In this document: piece by piece, positions 52,848-64,000 of the stretch
Numbering within the stretch: the first letter of the stretch is position 1
Layout: each line of letters begins with the position of its first letter
Source: Lobosporangium transversale
Lineage: Eukaryota
Length of the DNA stretch: 64,000 nucleotides
Reading direction: 5' to 3'
Assembly: GCF_002105155.1 (NCBI RefSeq)
Contig: NW_019029011.1
Coordinates: forward strand, 1 to 64,000
Notes under the pieces: generated by a model
Databases searched by the model: none
What the model saw: the letters and a program-made list of their open reading frames with translations, nothing else
What the model was told of the DNA's origin: nothing
Position numbers and translations under genes: made by a program

Positions 52848-55082
52848 AGGATAGAGCCATTCATTCTGCTCGACTTCTGTCTCTTCCTTTCACGATGTCT
52901 ATAGGTATTCTTTCAATCATTTTGGGACTTGGTCTTGAGAAGCGTTTGTTTATCAGCGCCATTCGCTGTGTGGTTCAGCTAAGTATTATGGTATGAGTAA
53001 TAAACAGGCCACAAAAAAAATGGAAGCACTTCAAGCCGTGATAATTAAATCTTATAATTAACTATTTTATTTTTGATTTTATTCCAACGAATTATTCATA
53101 TCAAAGGGTTTGGTGCTCGAAAACATATTCAGCGCCAACAGTCCAGTGTTGGTCATACTCATGGCGCGTAAGTCAAGACGTTGTATCTCATGAGTCGTTT
53201 TTATATTTTTTATATTTGTATGCTATGAATAACAACATTTCCTAAATCCTTGTTCTCACAGTGTTACTCACTTCCTTGGGTGCCTATGAGGCTGTGTTCA
53301 ATGTGAGCAAGCGTCGCCACATCTACATGGTAACGTTTTGCTAAAACAGGGGGCTACCCCATGGATTTATTGCAATATGTTTTTTTTTTTTTTTTTTTTT
53401 TTTTTTGATGTCATGATCGTCACAATTGATTGCCTAAAAGTTACTCCTCTGGTTAATTTAGTTTCCATCTGTCTTGGTCTCAATGGGGTGCAGTTGTTTA
53501 ATCATTGGAACGTTTGGTAAGTTTGTCTTACCTATTATTCAATACAATGCTTCAACGCCACAATGCCTACATCCTTGTAGAATCGCACATTAATTAAATT
53601 TTATTTTATTTTATACTTGGTCATGATGCTGTCATTTCATTATGTTGATTAAAAATATACTTTTCATTCGCGATGAACCAAACTAACATTCTCGCTACCT
53701 TGTAATGCAAAATCACATCCTTGGTCTTGGATTAATTTTTTTCACTTAGGAACGAGACTTGCCATGGGTGTTGATCCACTTCACTCCCCCAAGGAATTTA
53801 TCCCAGGTTGGTTAGCAAAGCAGCAATTAGGAATCTATCACCTTCCTTCCGCTCGTTTTATACTTATCCATTCATTTTTTTATTTTTATTTTATTTTATT
53901 TTTATTTTATTTTTATTTTTTTTATAATCATTTGCAATGTATCAGCATTGGGAATGTTGCTTGGAAACACAATGACAGCCATCTCTTTAGGCCTGGATCA
54001 ATGCCTTAGTCAACTCAGGTTCGTCTTATTCTCTTGGAATTCAGTTCGATGTTTTAAGAATGATAGCTGTATAATATAACGCTTTTTTATATACATACAT
54101 CGACGACTAACGTCATACCTATTTTAATTTTTGAATCTTTTTCCTCAGCGAGAATAAGGAAAAGATCGAACTTTACTTGTCCTTGGGTGCCTCTCGTTGG
54201 GAAGCATGCCGTCCAGTTGCAATCGAGGCTATGCGTCGTGCTATGTTACCTACTATTAATCAGATGAGGTGTGTAGACAACAATGGAAAACTACGGAATA
54301 ATATTTTTTCTTTTTCTTTTATTTTCCCTCTTTCACGCTTAGCACAGCTGTTGATCGATTTGAACAAAAAAAAAAAAAAAAAAAAAAAAAAAATTCTAAC
54401 AGCGACTTTCTTATTTTCAAAAATAATGATAATGAAACTCCGTAGCATTATTGGATTGATTTCGATCCCAGGGATGATGACTGGTCAACTTATTGCAGGA
54501 GCATCTGTCATGAATGCTGCCAAGTCGCAGCAAATCATTATGTTCTTGATCTCGGGTGCTGCTGCATTCGGTACTCTTTCCTCTGTCATGGTAGGATGCG
54601 CTAGTAAAAAAAAAGTGCATTTGTTCATAAAGGCAATGCTACAAATAATCACAGTCTGTGATATATGAATACATATTAATATCATTTTCTTCTTCCTTTA
54701 GATTTGTCTGCGCGTATGCTTTGATTCATCCGACAGATTACGTCCAGAGCGCATTATCAAGACAAAGTCTATCATCCCTGAAAGGGTATCCAGCTTTTTC
54801 GACCGTGTATACAACAAAATTGGCGAGACTTTGTGCTGCTGCTGCTATAAGTCTCGCCAACCCTCTTCACCTTCTTTGGAACAAGGAAGTGGACGTAGGA
54901 GCCCTGGCCGACGTAGCCCTAGTAGAAGCTCGCACCAGAATAGCAATAACGACAACAATAACAATGACAATAACAGCCATCATGATCATGCAAATGGAAA
55001 GAACAAGGACAAGAACAAGAGCAAGGGTAAGGGCCATGGCCAGAATGGCGAACCTACAGAACGTACGCCTCTTGTCCGCTGA
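52672..55082 (+). CDS. UPF0014 / FetB / plant STAR2-ALS3-like permease; exons 52672-52786, 52905-52990, 53107-53167, 53262-53329, 53462-53516, 53750-53806, 53946-54018, 54149-54268, 54446-54590, 54702-55082
   Basis: RCVVQLSIMG, FIPALGMLLGNTM, LSLGASRWEA and PTINQMSIIGLISIPGMMTGQLIAG motifs assembled over ten exons. Confidence 0.88.
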
Positions 55083-56251
55083 AAAGGTCCTCTAAGCGAA
55101 GCGCGCTTTTTTTTACTCCTTGTTCATCAACGTATCCATACCAAGTATATCTTTTGTTTATATTTTATGTATTCCCATCATCTATTTAGCTTGCATCTTT
55201 GTCTCTATGGGTAATAAAAGAAAGAAAAAAAAAAAAAAAAAAAAGAAACTTGCGTTTAACCCTTTGAACCTTGCCAGTCAGCCAATGCTCTTAAAAGAAA
55301 ACAAGCAAACAGAAAAAGGACAGCTCTGCTTGGAGACCAGGCGAGACAGGAAAGGAAAGTGGTCGGTCAAAAAAAAAAAAAGAAACTTCAGATTGCAAAG
55401 CTACTAGCAATCTTTGATCTCCAACTTTGCATTTTAAAAGAAAAGTCTTCTGAGCTGCGTTTGCTGAAGCATGAGAAGAGTGGTGAAATAATAATAATAA
55501 TAATAAGAGTAGTAGTAACGATAGTGATAAAAAGATGTGTATCTTTCGGTTAACAGCAGGAATGCCTATTTTCTTTAATTCGACGCATTGTGGTAACGGA
55601 TGGTTAGCATTATCGGGCGCGCATGGGCCAATTAATACCTCCTTCTTTGAGGAGAGAGCAAGGGCTTCTTGTATTCTGCTTATGCCATGAGATTAAATAA
55701 ATAAATAATAATAAAACAAATTGGATGTTGCAGGACTTTGCTTGGTGAAACTTTAATAATGCTTGGTTAAGCAAGGCAAAGAAAAGTAAGGTAAAGCATG
55801 GTCAAGACAAGGCAAGGCAAAGCAAGGATACCAAACAGAGATTTAAGCATGGATTATTTGATAATAGGTTCTAGACACATGGATTAAAGAGAGTAGTAGA
55901 TTATTATGATAACTGGCCAACGGACAAAAACGCTGTGTCTATTTTAAACCTCAACAAGGGGAAGGAAAGCATATAAACATTTTGGAGTTGCAACCGAGAC
56001 TAAAGCTTTGGAGTGAAATTGCTCTTTTGTTAGCACTCTTTGAGCAACGGGTGTATAAAGTGTATAAAAATACATGAACAGTTACTTACCCACTGCCCAC
56101 TGCGCCCTGTGACATCTCAACACTGCCACCATTTTTTTTTTTTCCTTTCCCTCGTGGAGGGTAGAAAGAGAGAAAATATTTTTGTGTAAGGATTATTTTA
56201 TTTTATGGCTGAGAAAGGCGTAGATTCTGGATGATCGCCAACATGTTATGT

Positions 56252-56284
<33 letters not shown>

Positions 56285-56571
56285 CCTTTTTTTGTAGCAA
56301 TTGAAGCGAAAGACTCAAGAACAATAGAAAAGGTAAAAAACTGTAATCTGGTGTACATGTAAACAGAGAGTGATTCTCTCTTTCCCATGTTGCGCATTGC
56401 TGTTGTTTGTTGTTGCATGACTGGCCCACCAACAACAACAACAACAACACAACAACAACAACTTTGTCTGTGCGACTTTTAGCGTCTATGCATAAAACAA
56501 CCATTTATTTTCTTTCTTTCTTTCTTTTTTTTTTTATCATTCTCGCTCACTGTACTACTTTCAAACACTTT

Positions 56572-56602
56572 ACTCTCTCTCTCCCTCTCTCTCCCTCCTC
56601 CC

Positions 56603-56680
<78 letters not shown>
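56572..56680. repeat. (CT)n microsatellite immediately upstream of the calpain ATG
   Basis: Imperfect then perfect CT run ending ~28 nt before ATG 56708. Confidence 0.95.
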
Positions 56681-56685
<5 letters not shown>

Positions 56686-56707
56686 TTACCTGCACCTGTA
56701 CCTGTCC

Positions 56708-59024
56708 ATGCCCAAGAAATTCAAATCCAGCAAAAAAATCTCCAACGAGGCACTGTCGACTATCGTGGCCGCTGTAGCCAAGCATAACAAGACACTCCAA
56801 TTGCCCTCTGTAACGTTGGTGGCTACATCGGCCATGGTGGCTGCTCGTGAGGCCTGTGCTGCCAAGGTCGATGCTATTGTAGAAGAATGTTTGGCTAAGA
56901 ATGTCAAGTTTCGAGACTCCAAATTCGACTTGTTGAATGATCGTCGTAACTGTCTTTACGCATCCTTGATCAGTGAGACCGTTTACAAAGACATTGCAGG
57001 AACTAAACGTATCACGGATTTGTTCAAAAACCCAGTCTTTTTCTTGAATGGCGCTAGTCCTGATGATATCAAGCAGGTACTTTTTTTTCTTTCTTTCAAT
57101 ATATTATTGGCTTGGCTTTGTCAGCTGAAGTCGTAGGGGAAAGTGTACCAGAGAAATGAGTTGCAATGTTTTCCGAGGAAAAGAAAGGAAAGGAGAGAGG
57201 TCCAATAAGTTGTGGGTCGGTTTTTTTTATTATTAATTATCTGCATGCTTTTTTAATGGTTGAATTTTTTTTTTTTTAGGGCTCTGTAGGAGATTGTTGG
57301 TTTGTGGCATCTCTTGCCGTTATTTCCAACATTCCAGGACTTTTGGAGCAACTCTGTGTCAAGAAGAATGAGCAAGTGGGTGTTTATGGATTCATCTTCT
57401 TTAAAGATGGCGATTGGGTTTCGACCGTTGTGGATGATCAAATGTTTTACAAGATCGATCCAGTGACACATAGCCGATCCCTCTATTTCAGTTCTTGTTA
57501 TGAGGAACGGGAATCATGGTTGCCCTTGATGGAAAAGGCTTATGCAAAGATCCATGGGGATTACGAAACCTTAACAGGAGGCTATACATCAGAAGGAATT
57601 GAAGATTTAACAGGAGGTACAGCCTCTATGATGTTCAGCAGTGATATCTTAGACAAGGATCGATTCTGGGAAGAGGAGATGAAGCAAGTTAACAAGGTTA
57701 CCCTCATGGGATGTTCCATTAACTACCAAGAAAGTGATCCAGAGAATCATGGAATCCAGTCTGGACATGCTTACAGTGTTCTTAACGTTGCCGAATATGA
57801 CGGAGAGCGCCTTGTTCATGTGAGTTTTCTTTTTACTATATCTTACTGTCAAACCCTCACAGACTTGTTTTCTACGAAAAAAAAAAAAAAAAAAAAAAAA
57901 AGAGGGTTGCAGCGGTTTATACAGGACTGTCTCTCATCAACTAGCCCACATGCACTCCCGTTCCCCTCCTCCCTTTCTTACATTGCCTATATCGGCCTAC
58001 CATCTACAATCTTCGTTAAAAGATCCGCAACCCATGGGGCAAGATTGAATGGAATGGGGACTGGTCAGATCAATCCGACAAATGGACACCGGACGCTATC
58101 AAGACCCTTAAATTGGAGGACAAGGATGACGGGCGATTCTGGATGCCCTATGATGAATTTCTGAGAATCTTTACGACTATTGACCGATGCAGAGTCTTTG
58201 ATGCTACCTGGTCTGTCGCCTCTAGCTGGATCCCTTACAATGTTGAACCTCGTTCAAGCGGCAAATTCCAATTCAAGCTTAATCAACCTGGTGAGACCGT
58301 CATCGTGCTGTCTCAACCCGATACCCGTTATTATGGAGCCTTCAATGCAGAGTTCATCTATACGTTGTCGTTCCACGTCTATGATCAGGATGAGAAACTG
58401 ATCCGACGCGCCAAAATCACAGTCCCCTATTCTCGGCGTAGTGTCAATTGTGAACTCAAACTTGCAGCAGGCACGTACACAGTCATCCCCCATGTTCACC
58501 GCGAACCCACGGATATCCGGCCCGATACCGAGAATAGTAGTACTGATAATGCCATCAATCCTTCAACACGCATTGATGATGTAGAGGTCGTTGTAGATCC
58601 TGTCAAAATGGATAAGAGTTCATACATGTTCCAACAGCGTAAAGCTACTTTGGTCCGGTCTATGTCTATGGCACGTATCACAGGAAGGAAGCTGTTGGGT
58701 GTAGATGATGAGGATTATGAGGCAAATAATAACAAGCCCAAGCAACTAGAGGAGCAACGATGGCAACTGATGTTAGGCCTCCGTGTATACAGCCACGACC
58801 GGGCCATCACTGTTGATGGAAACCCTGGTGTTCACCCATCGTTGAAGCGTCCTCAAGAGGGTCGTTTGGATGTGGAGGAAAAAGAAGATCCCGAAAGTGT
58901 CACTGCGACGCTTGCAGATAAAAAAGAATTGAGTACTGAACCTGAGGAGATCGAGGAGGAGGCGCCCCAAACATCTGTTAAGAAGTTTGCTTTCCGGAAG
59001 GTTTATTTAGAGAATAGACAGTAG
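56708..59024 (+). CDS. Calpain-like cysteine protease (peptidase C2 plus domain III); exons 56708-57076, 57280-57819, 58023-59024
   Basis: Intact catalytic triad: DIKQGSVGDCW, GHAYSV, IRNPWG; also EKAYAKIHG. Confidence 0.92.
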
Positions 59025-59239
59025 AATGACTTCTTTTTCATCGCTCTATAAAAACAGAATAATAAGAAATAATAGTAATCGATTTTCATATTTGAGAACG
59101 TCACCAATCTGTTGAATACATGTAAAAAAAAGGCCAGATCCAAAAGTGAACGCAAATTTTGAATCATTTGACCACTTCTGTAGCGTTAACATCGGTGCAT
59201 AAAAGCATCACCCATACTTATTCTTTTGCTTCTCGAAAG

Positions 59240-59638
59240 ACCGGGAAGCCGTTGCAGCGGCTCTGGAGGGATATACGGTCATTCAGTCGCTCATTCGATG
59301 ATGATAAGGACAGTGCCAGTTTATCAGAATATTTTTCTCTTCACGGGACCAACTATCAGGAGAAGAGAAGAGGGGCACCTATTCAATAGCAACGAGGACA
59401 GCAACACAAAGGAAGACAATGCAGAGTGAGAAGTGATAGATGGTGTAGACATGACTCACTTTGGTGAGCTGCAAGATATAGTGAGCTATTTCCGAGAACG
59501 ACACACAAGTAGAGACTAATATTTATGGCCTGACTGAGAAACCATCGCTTTCCGACGTGGTTGGACTTTATGTGGCAATGCTACAATATATCCTACGAAT
59601 ATGAAGTATAGACCTGAGATCAAAGTCGGATTCTTTTA
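59240..59638 (+). pseudogene. Decayed 3' fragment of an F-box paralogue
   Basis: Aligns by eye to 61920-62350 (GGTGTAGACATGACTCAC vs GGTGTGGACATGACTCAC; TTTATGGCCTGACT), with in-frame stops. Confidence 0.85.
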
Positions 59639-60090
59639 AAAAAACGCACTAATGATTTCCTACTTAGGGGATGAGTAACAAGCACCAATTTTTTTTTTGG
59701 GACACTTCAGTCGCACTTCCATCTCTCTTAAGCTTGAGTTGACTACCCAAAGCACCTAGATAGTCTGTCCAATCACTCAGCAATCTACACTTGTTATAGC
59801 AATTGAAAGTGCTTGAGAACTTGCTTGAGCCTCGACTGCAAAAACATCTCGACAAGTCTAGACCAGAAACTGATGCTGGGAACAAATGTGCGTACACTGA
59901 GTCAGGGGGAGGTCCAAGAAAAGGGGTCGGTGTATTCTTTTTGAAATCGTCAAAGATCATTGGCAGCAAAATGCAGAAAAAATTATTAAAAAAAAGGCAC
60001 TGCCACAAAAAAGAAAAAGCTGATATACTTGTTTCCTCATTTTCTACTTTCTCTTTCTCTCTTCACTCGCTGACACTATTTCATTCCAAA

Positions 60091-62394
60091 ATGTTTGCAT
60101 TCCCCACAGAGACCTTGGAGCACATCTTTTCATACCTTGGACAGGGAACACTCCGTTTCACAGTGTCCTTAGTCTGTCGCCACTGGTACCACGTTGCACA
60201 GGCTCATATCAGGAAAACAGTCTACATTGCCGTTACACAACTTGATTATGGGCATGGTCGTGGAGGCCCACCTAGAAATTCGTTGCAGAGGATGAAAAGA
60301 CGGCGTGCCCTCAAACAACTTGGGTACGACTTGAGGGAAAAGTTAATGTCAGCATACACTCTTGTCTACAATGCAAGCCTACTGTCAACGGCAAGCAGGA
60401 AGTTCCTGTTTCTAAAAGAGGAAGAGGAAGTTTGGACGGTCGTTGAAGATGCCTTTACTGCGATAACATGGCCATCGTCGGCCTCTCCTTCGATAAGCAA
60501 TAGCATTTCTAGTTATGGAGTCAGTAACAGTCCTCTCAGGATCCGTCAACTGATCCTGGATACAGGCCGGTGTGAAAGAGCCTGGTCAAGGTTGACGCCA
60601 CTTCTCCATTTTTTGGGCCATAGGCTCACCAGCCTGCGATTGGAAAATATACCCTTCAGGAGCATTGTGCCTATCCATAGAATCCTCGATTCGTGTCCAA
60701 ACCTCCAGGCTCTACGCATTGCCTCGTTAAAACCAAATATAAGAGCACAGGCATCAAAATTGCAGGAGCATCGTGATCATAACTTTGCTACCCTTGCTAA
60801 TCTTAGCTTACATTCAGCCACCACTAACGCCACTTCTATCATCACCATCATCAATCCCACTATTGAAAATGAGCGTCAGTGCCAATTACAATCTGCCACG
60901 TTCGAGAACTTAGGGCTATCTCTGACAGCACTCGAATCCTTTGTCCACAGGTGTCCCAACCTCAATGAGCTTCGAATTATCTCTGCTCAGCCCATATATA
61001 CTACGAAAAATGTTCCTAGCCAAATCACGAATTTTTTATTTTACAAGACAGCAAGTGATCAGTTCTTTCATCGACTATCCTCACCGCCACCACCAGTCTT
61101 GGATCTATCATCATCCTCAACACGACAGCCACCAATTTATCTGCCGAAACTCAAAAGTCTCTATGTATCTATATCCAGCAATTCAAGGTCTTATGTAATG
61201 GAGGAGATAGCTCCAATCCCACAGTTCCCAATGGTCGAGCGCTGGGGGTTTTCCACGATGTCCATGGAAAGAGGCCTTCCATTTTCAGGTTCTATATTAC
61301 TGGACCGTCACATACGGCTCAACGCTTTGACAGCTGTCGAGATCTCAAAATACAGAACTAATACTCTTGATGAGCAGGCAAGTAATCGGATTATAGAATG
61401 GGTTCATCATCTGTTATGTTCCAGCCCTCAATTACAACATTTCAAGATGCCTGAAATCCGATGTCCTATCCGATTGTTCTACGTGACAAAAGACCTGAGG
61501 ATGAAGCTCAATGACAAGGGTCATTTGTCTGAAGATGAGGCGCATGATTACCCTATTCAACAAAAAGTATGGGCCTGCCGTCAACTCAAGACGTTACATA
61601 TGCTGTTTACGCCAATAATGAGTCGAGATAAAGCTTTGGATGAGATGGCGCGCGTAGTTCTCGGTTATCTCGTTCGTGCCTGTCCAGAACTAGAGGATTT
61701 ATTGATTCATGATGAGTATTTCTTGAGAGAATACCCTGAACATGTGTGCTTATTATCAAGACTGAAGCGATTGAAGTGGTTACATTTGGGTGGTTTTACT
61801 TGTTTGCAGTTCGATTGGATCAAACGGTACTATCATTATGATTTAAGAGACCAAATCAAGGTTCAGTGGGAGTATGATCATTACATAGGATGTCCTTGCC
61901 CTTCTTCCTCTCAGAGAATCAAAACGTCACTAAAACGGCTATGGCGGGACCTACGATTGCGCAACTCTTCATTTGATAGTAACGATGCCATCAGTATGTC
62001 GGAACTACATATCCTTAGGGCTTTTGCTAAGGAGAAGGAGAGGGAGAAGGAGAAGGAGAAGGGGGAGATTGGTAAGGGAGAGGTAAGAGAAGAGGACGGC
62101 ACAAAGGCAAATGAAAAAGAGATAAATGACGATGAAAGAGAGGTAATTGGCGGTGTGGACATGACTCACCTAGGCAAGTTACAGGATATAGTTAACTATT
62201 TTCAGGATCGACGCTCAAGCAGAGATGAGTGTTTATGGCCTGACTTAGAGACCATCACTTTCTACCTTGATAGATTCGCGGATCAAAACACCAAATCTGC
62301 CTTATATGAGCATATCAAGAAATTCAGACCCGAAATCAAGATCATATTTCTTTCAGATAGAATGCTTCATCAAACGTATTTAACTGTAGAATGA
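60091..62394 (+). CDS. Mortierella-type F-box protein, intronless
   Basis: MFAFPTETLEHIFSYL...SLVCRHWY; CPNL-type LRR-like units; VWACRQLKTL; WPDLE. Confidence 0.85.
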   Translation: MFAFPTETLEHIFSYLGQGTLRFTVSLVCRHWYHVAQAHIRKTVYIAVTQLDYGHGRGGPPRNSLQRMKRRRALKQLGYDLREKLMSAYTLVYNASLLSTASRKFLFLKEEEEVWTVVEDAFTAITWPSSASPSISNSISSYGVSNSPLRIRQLILDTGRCERAWSRLTPLLHFLGHRLTSLRLENIPFRSIVPIHRILDSCPNLQALRIASLKPNIRAQASKLQEHRDHNFATLANLSLHSATTNATSIITIINPTIENERQCQLQSATFENLGLSLTALESFVHRCPNLNELRIISAQPIYTTKNVPSQITNFLFYKTASDQFFHRLSSPPPPVLDLSSSSTRQPPIYLPKLKSLYVSISSNSRSYVMEEIAPIPQFPMVERWGFSTMSMERGLPFSGSILLDRHIRLNALTAVEISKYRTNTLDEQASNRIIEWVHHLLCSSPQLQHFKMPEIRCPIRLFYVTKDLRMKLNDKGHLSEDEAHDYPIQQKVWACRQLKTLHMLFTPIMSRDKALDEMARVVLGYLVRACPELEDLLIHDEYFLREYPEHVCLLSRLKRLKWLHLGGFTCLQFDWIKRYYHYDLRDQIKVQWEYDHYIGCPCPSSSQRIKTSLKRLWRDLRLRNSSFDSNDAISMSELHILRAFAKEKEREKEKEKGEIGKGEVREEDGTKANEKEINDDEREVIGGVDMTHLGKLQDIVNYFQDRRSSRDECLWPDLETITFYLDRFADQNTKSALYEHIKKFRPEIKIIFLSDRMLHQTYLTVE

Positions 62395-62599
62395 AAGCAA
62401 AATGTGAAAGCAATATAATATTTTTTACTTTTGCTTCATGGAAATCAATAGGAAAGCCTTTTTAGTCATGTCGAGTCGCTGACGCATGACCTGAACTACT
62501 ATCATAGATGTGTAAGCGATCTTTACAGCATAGGGGAATCGTAAATAGCTCTTCCAATGAAGAAAGACCACACACTACATGCTACTGCGGACAATGTGA

Positions 62600-63280
62600 T
62601 AGAGGACCAGAGGATGAAACTAAGTAACATAAGCCCGCCTCACCTACATGATGAATTATGTCATCGTCCAGTCCCTCAGGAAGTATAGAGACTATCATGC
62701 ATTCAAGGCTTTATACATGGCACCCACAACCAAGGATGATGGTGATATGATATTTAAGAAAATGATGATCGTGGCTCTTGGATATATTAGTTATGCTTGT
62801 CCCGGGCTGGAGGCATTTACTTGAATCAGCGTCGCTAAAATTGAAATGCTTTAAGTAGAGATGTCAAAACAAGTTGATATAAGGCTAGGGGCAAGAACAG
62901 GGGTTTAGCTTTCATTTACGTCCTGAAGAACTAGTAATCTATCCGGCTGTTTTGGCGAGATATGTGGTTGCCCATCCATCATGTAATGGTAACCACAATA
63001 TCAGTATATCAGTATATCTGCGTAGATTTTCTTCCGAGGCTCTGAATGAGAGGAGAAGACCAAGGAGAAGAAACAACTAAAAAGAGACCATTGACTGTAC
63101 AGCCCATCTTGGTAAGTTGCCAACTGCTTTCAGGAATGACGTTTAAACAGAAGCGTTTGTGGCTGTGATTAGAGGTTATCAACTTCCACCCCATGAATTA
63201 TGAGCAGAGCTGCAGCAATAGTCAATATACAAGCAGTCCATTTGGCGTTATCAAAAAGTCTAGACTAAAGATTAAGGCCG
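62600..63280 (+). pseudogene. Second, more decayed 3' fragment of an F-box paralogue
   Basis: PVPQEV* (cf. PIQQKVW), VALGYISYACPGLE (cf. VVLGYLVRACPELE), CATCTTGGTAAGTTG (cf. CACCTAGGCAAGTTA), ATCAAAAAGTCTAGACTAAAGATTAAG (cf. ATCAAGAAATTCAGACCCGAAATCAAG). Confidence 0.75.
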
Positions 63281-63556
63281 CGTTCGTCTCAAATAAAGTG
63301 CTGAAAGAAGTTTATCTACTGGAGAGACAGCAGAGCTTTATGACAATAGTAATGATGAAAATAAAATGATCTAATTGTAAGCAAAGCATGACAAAGCACC
63401 GCCACAATCCATAAAAGAAGCCCCTTGCCAAATATAATGCCATTGTTTTTTCTTTCTTTTATCCTTCCTTTCAGTTCTTACCGTTGAAATTGCCTTTAGC
63501 ATTGAAAGTTTATTAATAAACCTTCTCTCTTTTTACCCAACGATAACTCAGTAATA

Positions 63557-64000
63557 ATGTTCATGAGGGGAATAGCCAAGAGCAAACAGAGTGTCATAGG
63601 CAGAGACACAATTTCCGTACTTCCTCCAGAAATTATTGAGCGAATCCTAATGCATGTCGGAGTGGCTACGCTCCGTATGGCCATCCCTTTAGTGTGCCGT
63701 CGATGGCATGACATTGTACAACCGCTCCTCAAGAGGTTAGTTCGCGTCAGGGCCATCCCGCTAAGCGATGCGATAGCAAGGTCAGAAAGAAAAAAAGTAA
63801 AGTTCATTAGCAGTGGGTACTTGGCAGCAAAGGAGTTGGAGCTGACACACCAACTACGGCTGGCCCATACTCTTGTATACGAAGCAGGAGCCTCCCCGAA
63901 TTCCAGCTTGCTGAGCGCGCCTGGCACTGAGGGACATAGAGCCTGGTCTATCCTTAAGAAGACCTTAATCTCAATATCAACATATCGTCCCCAAGACCTT
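63557..64000 (+). CDS. F-box protein, 5' part, truncated by window end (absent from the ORF track)
   Basis: MFMRG...VLPPEIIERILMHVGVATLRMAIPLVCRRWHDI; LRLAHTLVY parallels LMSAYTLVY of the upstream paralogue; frame open to 64000. Confidence 0.82.
   Translation, partial: MFMRGIAKSKQSVIGRDTISVLPPEIIERILMHVGVATLRMAIPLVCRRWHDIVQPLLKRLVRVRAIPLSDAIARSERKKVKFISSGYLAAKELELTHQLRLAHTLVYEAGASPNSSLLSAPGTEGHRAWSILKKTLISISTYRPQDL

Noticed and set aside
59803..60090. N-terminal extension of the 863-aa ORF
   Set aside because: Starts at TTG and crosses promoter-like A/T tracts; the F-box begins at ATG 60091.

Overview
Eukaryotic, AT-rich, intron-containing fungal DNA. Gene content, long A/T homopolymers and Mortierella-type F-box genes suggest Mortierellaceae (inference). 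In order: 5' exon of a URA2/CAD-like gene with a single 25-codon upstream ORF; a 2-EF-hand mini protein; a bacterial-type tocopherol-cyclase-family gene; a Ste20/PAK kinase; a PhoD-like phosphatase; a DOPA 4,5-dioxygenase; a UAP56-motif/RRM polyQ protein; a ~6 kb gene-free gap; five tandem OPT oligopeptide transporters; an F-box/LRR gene; a large low-complexity protein with a C-terminal TM segment; a UPF0014/FetB-STAR2 permease; a calpain; and an F-box cluster with two decayed copies. Best leads: the Pro-Pro-stop uORF on the carbamoyl-phosphate synthase gene, patchwork gene conversion and shared promoter motifs in the OPT array, and poly(A)/poly(U) intron architecture. Exon boundaries were read by eye from GT-AG sites and frame continuity. 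No tRNA, rRNA, CRISPR array or intact transposon was recognised.
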